A stretch of DNA of 64,000 nucleotides, taken from the NCBI GenBank assembly GCA_036732005.1, contig DAINDF010000015.1, positions 8,406 through 72,405 of the forward strand. Direction: 5' to 3'. Each line of letters starts with the position of its first letter. The stretch's first letter is position 1. The translations under genes were made by a program, and so were the position numbers. Shown piece after piece: positions 37,619 to 45,464 of the stretch. The notes beneath the pieces were generated by a model. The model saw only the letters and a list, made by a program, of their open reading frames with translations, had not been told where the DNA came from and ran no database searches. Source of the stretch: Phycisphaerales bacterium. Lineage in GTDB: Bacteria; Planctomycetota; Phycisphaerae; Phycisphaerales; UBA1924.

Positions 37619-38743
37619 TCAGGGTGGCCCGGCGCGCACGAGGTCGGCCCAGAGGCCGAGGTGGCGGATCCCGTCGCCGTGCACACGACCGGCCCGGAGC
37701 GCTTCGACGCGTGGGCCGAGCCGGGCGAGGTCGATCTCGAAGAAAGGCTGGGCGCTGGGCCAGGTCCCGGCGGGGCCGATGCCGGCGTCGGCACGGACGG
37801 GCCGGAGCCCCGGCTTGAAGCGGGAGACCGACCAGGCGTGCCCCGGGGTGTTGAAGTCGCCCACCACGAGATCGGGCTCGAAGAGGGGGTCCTCGGGCGT
37901 GATGGGCCGGGCGACCCAGCGTCCCACCGTGTCGGCCTCCATCGCGTTGTTCACCGCGGCGACGCGGTCCGCCGCCTGCTCGAAGAGGGCGCGGCGCGAC
38001 GCGCCGAGGGTGCGCGGCATGTCGACTACCCAGAGGATGAACGGAGCATCGGGTCGCTCGACCTCCACCATGAGCACGCGGCCGTGCGAGGTGATGTCGC
38101 CCTCGATCCAGGTCTCCTGGGGACCGACGGTGGCGGAGGCGTATCGCCTGATGGGCCATCGCGCGTAGAGGCGGAACGGGCCGTGGCGGAGGGTGTGCGT
38201 TTCCGAGGGCGGGGAGTCGCCCGGCAGCAGGCCGATGGTGCGTTCGAGCAGGTCCGACTGGGGGAAGCCGTAGATCTCTTCGAAGGAGATCGAGTTGGGA
38301 TGGACATTGGAGAAGACGGCGATGTCGGCGTCGAGCGCGAAGAAGGGCGAGAGATCCGCCGGGCGCTTCGAGGGGCTGATGTTCATGAAGGAGACGCGGA
38401 GGTCGGCGGGGCGCTGATCCGCGGCGGCGAGGCGCCAGAGGGACCACTCGCCGAACAGCAGCCAGCAGAGCACGCCCGCGACGATCGCGAGCGGGACGCG
38501 GACACGGCGGGCCCGCCGCCCGCGGAGGATGCCCTCGACGAGCACAACGCCGAGACCCGAGAGCACGATCGCCTCGGTGGGGATCCACTCAAGGTACTGC
38601 GACCAGAGAAAGCGATCGCCCACGGCGCGTCCGAGGCCCCACGCCGCCAGGGCCGCGAGCCAGGGGAGCACGACCGCCCACGCGAGCACCGACCGCATGC
38701 TGCGGGGTCGGGCGGGGCGGGCCTCGTGATCAGGAGAATCCAT
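37619..38743 (-). CDS. membrane-anchored endonuclease/exonuclease/phosphatase (EEP) family protein
   Basis: 374 aa. Three N-terminal TM helices. The catalytic-like part reads RVSFMNISPS, VFSNVHPN, LVVGDFNTPGH. Confidence 0.65.
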   Translation of the reverse strand: MDSPDHEARPARPRSMRSVLAWAVVLPWLAALAAWGLGRAVGDRFLWSQYLEWIPTEAIVLSGLGVVLVEGILRGRRARRVRVPLAIVAGVLCWLLFGEWSLWRLAAADQRPADLRVSFMNISPSKRPADLSPFFALDADIAVFSNVHPNSISFEEIYGFPQSDLLERTIGLLPGDSPPSETHTLRHGPFRLYARWPIRRYASATVGPQETWIEGDITSHGRVLMVEVERPDAPFILWVVDMPRTLGASRRALFEQAADRVAAVNNAMEADTVGRWVARPITPEDPLFEPDLVVGDFNTPGHAWSVSRFKPGLRPVRADAGIGPAGTWPSAQPFFEIDLARLGPRVEALRAGRVHGDGIRHLGLWADLVRAGPP

Positions 38744-38799
38744 GGGTTTCTGTACGCCTCCGGCCCCCGTATGATCGGCCCGAACACGAGGGGAGCATC

Positions 38800-39807
38800 A
38801 TGTCTTTCGACTGGCCGAGCAAGCGGATCGTGGTCACCGGCGGGGCCGGGTTCCTGGGGCATTTTGTGCAGGCGGGCCTGCGGGCCCGCGGGGTGAAGCC
38901 CGAGCACATCTTCGTGCCGCTGATCGAAGATTTCGACCTGACCGAGAAGGAGGCGTGCCGGCGGCTCTACCGCGACGCGTTCGGGGGGGAGAAGGTCGAC
39001 CTGATGATCCACCTCGCGGCCGAGGTGGGCGGCATCGGCGCCAACCGGGACAACCCGGGGCGGTACTTCTACGCGAACATGGCGATGGCGCTGCACCTGA
39101 TCGAGCAGGCGCGGGTGGACGGGTTCGCCGAGCGCGGGGCGAAGTTCCTGCAGGTGGGCACCATCTGCGCCTACCCCAAGTTCACCCCGGTTCCGTTCAA
39201 GGAGGAGAACCTCTGGGACGGGTACCCCGAGGAGACGAACGCTCCGTACGGCGTGGCGAAGAAGGCCGCGTGGCAGATGCTCGACGCCTACAAGACGCAG
39301 TACGGGATGAACGGGGTGTATGTGCTGCCCGTGAACCTGTACGGCCCGCGGGACAATTTCAACCTGCATTCGAGCCATGTGATCCCGGCGTTGATCCGCA
39401 AGTGCATCGAGGCGCAGGACCGGGGCGACGAGTTCATCGAAGTCTGGGGCACGGGCTCGGCCAGCCGGGAGTTCCTGTTCGTCGAGGACGCGGCGGACGG
39501 GATCCTGACCGCGGCCGAGAAGATGACCGACCCGACGCCGATGAACCTGGGCACGAATTTCGAGATCACGATCCGCGATCTCGTGCACCTGATCGCGAAA
39601 CTGACGGGCTTTGCGGATGAGGCGACGATCGAGCAGAAGATCCGGTGGGACTCGACCAAGCCGGACGGGCAGCCGAGGCGGTGCCTGGATGTCAGCCGGG
39701 CGAAGGAACTGATGGGCTGGCGGGCGAAGGTGGGGTTCGAGGAAGGGCTGAAGCGGACGATCGAGTGGTTCCGCGCGCACCGGGGGGACCGGGACGCGCG
39801 GATGTGA
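38800..39807 (+). CDS. fcl: GDP-L-fucose synthase (GDP-4-keto-6-deoxy-D-mannose 3,5-epimerase/4-reductase)
   Basis: 335 aa. VVTGGAGFLGHF, HLAAEVGGIGAN, CAYPKFTPVPFKEE, PYGVAKK, NLYGPRDNFNLHSSHVIPALIRK, VWGTGSASREFLFVEDAADG. Confidence 0.92.
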   Translation: MSFDWPSKRIVVTGGAGFLGHFVQAGLRARGVKPEHIFVPLIEDFDLTEKEACRRLYRDAFGGEKVDLMIHLAAEVGGIGANRDNPGRYFYANMAMALHLIEQARVDGFAERGAKFLQVGTICAYPKFTPVPFKEENLWDGYPEETNAPYGVAKKAAWQMLDAYKTQYGMNGVYVLPVNLYGPRDNFNLHSSHVIPALIRKCIEAQDRGDEFIEVWGTGSASREFLFVEDAADGILTAAEKMTDPTPMNLGTNFEITIRDLVHLIAKLTGFADEATIEQKIRWDSTKPDGQPRRCLDVSRAKELMGWRAKVGFEEGLKRTIEWFRAHRGDRDARM

Positions 39808-39871
39808 GCGCAGGCGGAAGCCCGGGCCTGCGCCCGGGCCCCGTTCCGCGTCGCGCGCACCGCCTGTTGGG

Positions 39872-40534
39872 TCAGAAATCGCCCTTGTTCACATAGGGGT
39901 AGCTCCACAGGATCGACTGCATCAGCACGCTCTTGACCCACGCCGCGTGCATCTTCTCCACCTCCTCGGCGCTGTGCCCGCCCCGGGCGAGGAAGGGCTT
40001 GAGCGTCGTCGTCACCGGGATCGTCAGGGCGGGGATGTGGCGGAACTCGACGATGGGCGCCGCGTCCGCGGCGTCGGTCCGGTTCTTGCCCACGCGGTGG
40101 TGCCGCCGCCCGATCTCGAACTGGTACGCGAGCCAGGCCTCGTCGTAGTCCGCCGCCGCCGTGTCGAGCACCCAGCGCTCGAAGCGGGCGCGGACGCGTT
40201 CGAGGTAGGCGGCGTCGACGACCCCCTCGTTGTTGCTGAAGGATCTGAGCAGGTGCGGGTTCGACCCGACGAAGCCGTACCAGACGCCGACGAGCTCGGC
40301 GACATGCGGCTCGAGCACCGCCCGCGACATGCGGAGGTACTTGACATCCTCGTCGGTGAAGAGCAGGGATTTCTTCAACTCATCGAACTCGCTCATCGAG
40401 ATCGGGGCGGGGGCGAGCGCGGGGTCGCCCAGGCGGTAGCCCGGGATGTCGGATCGGTCGGCGCCGCCGCCGATCGCGTGCGGCGAGAACAGCAGGGCGG
40501 TGGACGCGGCGATGAGGCCCGGGATGCGGTGCAT
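39872..40534 (-). CDS. protoglobin-domain protein with predicted N-terminal signal peptide
   Basis: ATG at 40534 preceded by AAGGAG. N-terminus MHRIPGLIAASTALLFSPHAIGG. LLFTDEDVKYLRMS, VWYGFVGSNPHL, WLAYQFEIGRRHHRVGKNRTD...IPALTIPVTTTLKPFL closely recalls archaeal protoglobin (YQYEVGLRHH...IKPFL). Confidence 0.8.
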   Translation of the reverse strand: MHRIPGLIAASTALLFSPHAIGGGADRSDIPGYRLGDPALAPAPISMSEFDELKKSLLFTDEDVKYLRMSRAVLEPHVAELVGVWYGFVGSNPHLLRSFSNNEGVVDAAYLERVRARFERWVLDTAAADYDEAWLAYQFEIGRRHHRVGKNRTDAADAAPIVEFRHIPALTIPVTTTLKPFLARGGHSAEEVEKMHAAWVKSVLMQSILWSYPYVNKGDF

Positions 40535-40746
40535 GGGTGTGTCTCCTTTGGGAACGATGGGAGTCCGAACGGCGTGGGCCGCGGCGACCATCGCCGGGCC
40601 CACGGGAGCAAACGCCGCGGATCGGGCCGGGGCTTCCGCGTCGCGGCGGCGCGTCGGCGATGCGCGTTACGATCAAAGCGGAAAGCGTGGGCCGTTCGCG
40701 GGGCGTGGGCGGCGCGCGGGCCGGTCGCTCGGGAGAATGCGAAGAA

Positions 40747-41079
40747 ATGCAGCCGCGGGTGAGCATCGATCGGGCCGAGGCGTACCACCGCATCACGGAC
40801 ATGCTGCGGTGCAAGTGGTCGCTCGCGGTGATCGATGCCCTCGAGGCGGGCGACAAGCGCCCCAGCGAGATCCAGCGGCGCCTGCCGGGGCTGACGAGCA
40901 AGGTGCTCAGCGACCGGCTGCGCAAACTCGAGAATTTCGGCCTGCTGGATCGGGAGGCGTTCGCGGAGGTGCCGCCCCGGGTCGAGTACACGCTCAACGA
41001 CCGGGGCCGGTCGTTCGCGGCGATCGTCCGGTCCATCGGCGTGTTCGTCGATGACTGGGTCGCCCGACCCGGCGGGTGA
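40747..41079 (+). CDS. HxlR-family winged-helix transcriptional regulator
   Basis: ATG at 40747. ITDMLRCKWSLAVIDALEAGDKRPSEIQRRLPGLTSKVLSDRLRKLENFGLLDREAFAEVPPRVEYTLNDRG. Confidence 0.9.
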   Translation: MQPRVSIDRAEAYHRITDMLRCKWSLAVIDALEAGDKRPSEIQRRLPGLTSKVLSDRLRKLENFGLLDREAFAEVPPRVEYTLNDRGRSFAAIVRSIGVFVDDWVARPGG

Positions 41080-41119
41080 GGCGTCGCCCGCTCCGTCGCG
41101 CCGGCGGTACAGTGCGCCG

Positions 41120-41707
41120 ATGCCCGACGCCGACCGTCCGCCGCCCAGCCCGCACTCCCTGAAGCACCGCGTCGGCCGGGTCGCGTGGGGCGTGGTGCAG
41201 TCGACGCTCTTCCGCCCGAGCCCCCGTCCGCTCTTCGGGTGGAGGCGGTTCCTGCTGACGCTCTTCGGGGCGCGGCTCGACCCCAAGGCCCGCGTCTACC
41301 CGCGCGTGAAGGTCTGGGCGCCGTGGAACCTGGAGATGGAGGCGTACGCGACGCTCGCGGACGATGTGGATTGCTATTGCGTCGCGCGGACGGTGATCGG
41401 GCGGCGCGCGACGGTGAGCCAGTATTCCTACCTCTGCGGGGCGACGCACGACTTCGAGCGGTCGAGCCGCCCGCTGGTCCCGATGCCCATCACGATCGGG
41501 GCGCGGGCCTGGGTGGCGGCCGATGTCTTCGTCGGGCCCGGCGTGACGATCGGCGAGGGGGCGGTGGTCGGGGCGCGGTCGAGCGTGTTCGGCGATCTGC
41601 CCCCCTGGAAGGTCTGCGTGGGCTCCCCCGCAAGGCCCGTCCGCGATGTGGTGCTCAAGGACGGGCCCGAAGGGGACGCCGCGGAGAGGGGTTCCACCCC
41701 ACACTGA
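41120..41707 (+). CDS. hexapeptide-repeat acetyltransferase, WcaF-like (polysaccharide O-acetyltransferase)
   Basis: ATG at 41120. WRRFLLTLFGARLDPKARVYPRVKVWAPWNLEM, CGATHDF, ITIGARAWVAADVFVGPGVTIGEGAVVGARSSV. Confidence 0.8.
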   Translation: MPDADRPPPSPHSLKHRVGRVAWGVVQSTLFRPSPRPLFGWRRFLLTLFGARLDPKARVYPRVKVWAPWNLEMEAYATLADDVDCYCVARTVIGRRATVSQYSYLCGATHDFERSSRPLVPMPITIGARAWVAADVFVGPGVTIGEGAVVGARSSVFGDLPPWKVCVGSPARPVRDVVLKDGPEGDAAERGSTPH

Positions 41708-41821
41708 GGCGGCCCTTGCCCGGAGGCCGAGCGAGGTCCACAATTCCCGAGCAAACACGAAACACCCGCGGGCGGCGCGCGCGCCGACCGCGGGGTCGGC
41801 GTGGGGTGAAAGGAGTGCGCG

Positions 41822-42466
41822 ATGCTCTGCCGATCTCGGCTGGTTCTCGCCGCGTTGCTGGTCTCGCTCGCGTCGTCGTCGCTGAGCGCGGCGAGTTGGT
41901 GGGTCTATGTGGGCTCGGGCACGGGCCGGTGCGGGTGCGCCCCGACCTGGGTGCAGAACCCGCTGTGGTGGTCCGGGGGGCTCTGGATTTCTGGTTCCTC
42001 CTGGTCTGTCTGCATCGGTTCGTGCGACGAGTGGGACGGCTCCAACCGGGCGGCCTGGGACGCGCTCGACCGGGGATCGTGGCGCGTGGCGCGCGACGCC
42101 TTTCAGGCTCGGGTCAACAGCCGACCGGGAGACGGCGGGGCGTGGATCGGGCTCGCCCTGGCCCGCGGGGCCGGCGGGAACGACGCCCTTGCCGAGAGCG
42201 CGATGCGCCGTGCAATCCGGCTCGGGCTGAGCCGGTCCCTGCGTGGCGTGCCAGAGTCCCAGGTAACCCCGTTGCTGGAGCGGCTCGAGACCCGCTACGC
42301 CACACGGGCCCAGGCCCGCGGCGATCGGTGGTTCCTGGTCGCCGCGGTGCGGGCGATTTCGGGTGACCGGGGCGGTGCGCGCGCGGCGGCCGATCGGGCG
42401 CTGCGGGTGAATCGGTTCGACGCGGAGGCGCGGGCGGTGCTGGCGTTCGTTCGCGCACGGCGGTAG
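41822..42466 (+). CDS. secreted hypothetical protein, paralog A (Trp/Ser/Cys-rich N-terminal part plus helical repeat C-terminal domain)
   Basis: ATG at 41822 preceded by AAGGAG. Signal peptide MLCRSRLVLAALLVSLASSSLSA. The C-terminal domain is shared with the next gene. Confidence 0.7.
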   Translation: MLCRSRLVLAALLVSLASSSLSAASWWVYVGSGTGRCGCAPTWVQNPLWWSGGLWISGSSWSVCIGSCDEWDGSNRAAWDALDRGSWRVARDAFQARVNSRPGDGGAWIGLALARGAGGNDALAESAMRRAIRLGLSRSLRGVPESQVTPLLERLETRYATRAQARGDRWFLVAAVRAISGDRGGARAAADRALRVNRFDAEARAVLAFVRARR

Positions 42467-42663
42467 GTGGGTTTTGTTTGTGTTCTTCGGACCTTGGAAC
42501 CGCTTTCACCGGGACAGCCGGCAGTGGCTCGGCCGCAGAACGAAGATTGCCCTTGTTCCTTCGGAACAAATCGCGTCTGATGTCGGTATCAACATGTTGA
42601 ATCGGTCCCCGGCGCGTCGCCGCGGGCCGGTGCCGCACTCGGGTCTCGCGAGGAGGTTCGTCG

Positions 42664-43527
42664 ATGCTCCGGAAGACTCGTCTTGCTCTTGCTGTGCTCG
42701 GGCCGCTCATGATCGCCGGGACCGCCAGCGCCGACCGCGACCGCCGCGATTCGCGGGATTCGTGCCCGCCGCCGCGGCCTTCGCATTCCAACTGGAACCG
42801 CGGGCATGACTGGAATCGCGGACATGACTGGGATCGCGGGCATTCCCGGTCCGGGCTGTCGATCTCGTTCAGCACGGGGTCGTACGCGCGGTACGACAGT
42901 TGGAGCCGGTGGCCGAGTCACTCGTCGCGTTCATCGAACTGGTGCGCCCCGAGCTGGGGCTCGAGTTGGCACCGTTACGACTATGCCCCCCGCACCTCGA
43001 CGGTGATCGTGGAGCGCCCGGTGTACCGCGAGGTGGTGCGCGAGGTCCCGGTGTACCGCGAGGTGCCGGTCTATCGCGAGATCCCCCGCGAACCCGCGGA
43101 CCCGTTCCGCGTCGGGTGGTCGGCGCTGATCGACGGGGACCTCGGGGCCGCGCGGGAGTATTTCGAGGGCAAGGCGGCGTCGTACCCCGACGACCCGGCG
43201 CCGAAGATCGGGCTGGCGCTCGCCCGGGCGGCGGGCGGGTTCGATGACCAGGCCGACTGGGCGATGCGGCGTGCGATCCGCGCGGGGCTCGACCGGGGCG
43301 TGCGTGCGGCGCCCGTGGAGCGGATGGAGGGCCTGCTCTCCGGGCTGGAGATCCGCTACGCGGAGCGCTCGTTCGCGTACCACGACCGCTGGGTGATGCT
43401 CTCGGCGATCCGTTACCTCCGGGGCGATCTCCTCGGGGCCGAGCGGGCCGCCGAGCGGGCGCTCGAGCTGGACCGGCACGACGACGACGCCCGCCGGCTC
43501 TCGCAGCTCGCGCGGCGCGCGGACTGA
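42664..43527 (+). CDS. secreted hypothetical protein, paralog B (tandem-repeat N-terminal part plus the same helical C-terminal domain)
   Basis: ATG at 42664 preceded by GAGGAGG. Signal peptide MLRKTRLALAVLGPLMIAGTASA. Repeats NWNRGHDWNRGHDWDRGH and PVYREVVREVPVYREVPVYREIPRE. The C-terminal domain aligns with 41822-42466. Confidence 0.75.
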   Translation: MLRKTRLALAVLGPLMIAGTASADRDRRDSRDSCPPPRPSHSNWNRGHDWNRGHDWDRGHSRSGLSISFSTGSYARYDSWSRWPSHSSRSSNWCAPSWGSSWHRYDYAPRTSTVIVERPVYREVVREVPVYREVPVYREIPREPADPFRVGWSALIDGDLGAAREYFEGKAASYPDDPAPKIGLALARAAGGFDDQADWAMRRAIRAGLDRGVRAAPVERMEGLLSGLEIRYAERSFAYHDRWVMLSAIRYLRGDLLGAERAAERALELDRHDDDARRLSQLARRAD

Positions 43528-43551
43528 TCACCAACGGGTTCATCCTCTCCG

Positions 43552-43580
43552 GGGACGCCGCACGCCGGCGTCCCTTTTTT
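43552..43580 (+). terminator. rho-independent terminator
   Basis: GGGACGCCG-CACGC-CGGCGTCCC hairpin followed by TTTTTT, 25 nt after the stop codon. Confidence 0.8.
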
Positions 43581-43608
43581 CTGCGCCGGGCTACGCTCCG
43601 CCGACGCG

Positions 43609-44235
43609 ATGTACCGGCTGCGCTATTACGACAACCCGATCGAGGCCGAGCAGGCGGCGCGGTGGCTCCTCCGGCACGGGGTGCTGGCGGCGGTCGCCGG
43701 CGATCATGTCTCGAGCCTGGGCCCCTACGGCGGGTTCACCCGGCGCCACGGCATGGGCTCGTTCACGCTCGCGATCGCGCTCGAGCGGCAGCGTGAGGAG
43801 GCGAGGCTGTTGCTCGATATTCTCGCCGATGAGCCCGCCGAGTACGAGGCGGGCTGGGAGGACCGCTGCGTGCCCGATCTGTCCCGGCTCGACCCGATGC
43901 TCCTGCCGCCCTGCCCCGGGTGCGGGCGGACACTCCCGGCGGACGCGGCGATCGAGGCGTGCCCGGCGTGCGGCGCGCCGGTCGATGTCGCGGGGCTCAT
44001 CGCGGACCTGCACGGCCCGGAGGTGATCCAGTCGCTGCTCGATCCCGACGACGCGGAAGACTGGATCACCGACGAGATGCTCGACCTGGCCGCGGCGGAC
44101 TGCCCGTCGTGCGGTTACCCGCTCGACGGGCTGGCGCACCGGGGTCGGTGCCCCGAGTGCGGGGGCGGCTACGACAAGCGATCGATGCTCGAGAACCTGC
44201 TGCACGGGGGGAAGGGCGACCCGGCCGGGGGCTGA
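43609..44235 (+). CDS. hypothetical protein with DUF2007-like N-terminus and two zinc-ribbon-like CxxC pairs
   Basis: 208 aa. MYRLRYYDNPIEAEQAARWLLRHGV; CPGCGRTLPADAAIEACPACG; CPSCGYPLDGLAHRGRCPECG. Confidence 0.6.
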   Translation: MYRLRYYDNPIEAEQAARWLLRHGVLAAVAGDHVSSLGPYGGFTRRHGMGSFTLAIALERQREEARLLLDILADEPAEYEAGWEDRCVPDLSRLDPMLLPPCPGCGRTLPADAAIEACPACGAPVDVAGLIADLHGPEVIQSLLDPDDAEDWITDEMLDLAAADCPSCGYPLDGLAHRGRCPECGGGYDKRSMLENLLHGGKGDPAGG

Positions 44236-44263
44236 GCGACCCGCCCGATCTCGCCCAGCGGCG

Positions 44264-45346
44264 TCAGGGGCACCCGTTCAGGAACGCGTTCACGAAGGTC
44301 GTGATGTCGGCGAGATCGAACAGGCCGTCGTCGTTGAAATCGACCGACGAGTCCTGTGATGTGAACCCCGAGACGAACGCGGTGATGTCCGCGAGGTCGA
44401 GCAGGCCGTACTCGGGGGCGAGGTCGGCTTCGTTGCAGCCCGGGGCGGCGTTGGTGATGGTGATCTCGTAGTTCCCGAATTGGAAGTGGAACCCGGCGAA
44501 GGCGAAGTCGCTGTACCCGGTGATGGCGATGAAGAGATCGCCGAACTCGTCCGTGGTCCCGTTGAGGACGGACAGGCAGCAGCCGACATCCGGGTCGTCA
44601 TCGTTGATATCGATGAACGCACCGCCCGAGTCGAATGTCGCCAGGACGGTGTCAAAGTCGGCGCTGGTGACGCGGATCTCGTACTCGGTGTCGGGGGCCA
44701 GGCCGCCGATCTGGTAGAAGTCCACATCGTTTGAGCACTTGCACCCGCCCGGGGTGTTGTCGAGGTAGAGGTCGTAGTACCCGCCGATCGCCTCGGCCGG
44801 GGCGGTCAGCCCGCCCCCGAAGACCTCGTCGCCCGTGATGAACTCGAAGTCCCCGACATAGTCGAAGCCGATGTAGTTGAACCCTCCGTCGTACCAGTCG
44901 ACCCACCCGTTCCAGAGCCCGAGCTCGCCGTGGGGGTTGGCCGTGCCGTCGTCGAAGCCGTCAAAGTCGAAGTCGTCATACCCCGAGACGAGCCAGGAGA
45001 CGAGCCCGCTGGGCTCGACGGGGCGGCCGAAGACGCCCGAGGCCCGCCCGTTGCCGAGGAAGCTGTCGTCGTCGTCGGTCTCGACGATCGAGCCGAGATC
45101 GTCGTAGACGCCCAGCACGGTGTCCGGGCCGGGGCAGTCCCCACCTCCCTTGCCGTACCCGTACCCGCACCCGCGGTCTTCGAGATCGCCGGCGATCACC
45201 ACGCCGTCGGGGTTTCCCTGGACGAAATCGCCCGGGAAGAAGTCGTTGGCGGGCTCGCCGACCCCGCCCATGACCGCCGCGGACATCGAGAGCACGGACG
45301 CGATCGCCGCGGCGTCGGCCGCCGAGACCTTCTTCTGGCTGGACAT
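44264..45346 (-). CDS. secreted acidic protein with PPC-like (FDT...DDD) beta-sandwich modules and C-terminal Cys...GCP dockerin-like module
   Basis: ATG at 45346 preceded by GGGAG. N-terminus MSSQKKVSAADAAAIASVLSMSAAVMG. DTVLGVYDDLGSIVETDDDD; DVDFYQIGGL...ADFDTVLATFDSGGAFIDINDDD. Ends CNEADLAPEYGLLDLADITAFVSGFTSQDSSVDFNDDGLFDLADITTFVNAFLNGCP. Confidence 0.85.
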   Translation of the reverse strand: MSSQKKVSAADAAAIASVLSMSAAVMGGVGEPANDFFPGDFVQGNPDGVVIAGDLEDRGCGYGYGKGGGDCPGPDTVLGVYDDLGSIVETDDDDSFLGNGRASGVFGRPVEPSGLVSWLVSGYDDFDFDGFDDGTANPHGELGLWNGWVDWYDGGFNYIGFDYVGDFEFITGDEVFGGGLTAPAEAIGGYYDLYLDNTPGGCKCSNDVDFYQIGGLAPDTEYEIRVTSADFDTVLATFDSGGAFIDINDDDPDVGCCLSVLNGTTDEFGDLFIAITGYSDFAFAGFHFQFGNYEITITNAAPGCNEADLAPEYGLLDLADITAFVSGFTSQDSSVDFNDDGLFDLADITTFVNAFLNGCP

Positions 45347-45464
45347 TCTCTGATCTCCCACTCGCCGAGTCGGGCGTGCCGCGCGGCCCACGCAGCCGGT
45401 GCGGCGGCCCCTCGGCGGGGATCATCCCGGATCGCCGCGGCGGGGTCAATGGGTCGGGCGCATG

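Noticed and set aside
42790-42843. 18-bp tandem repeats, considered as a possible CRISPR or VNTR locus.
   Set aside because: There are only three units with no spacers. They are in frame inside a gene that has a signal peptide and a conserved C-terminal domain, so they are coding repeats.
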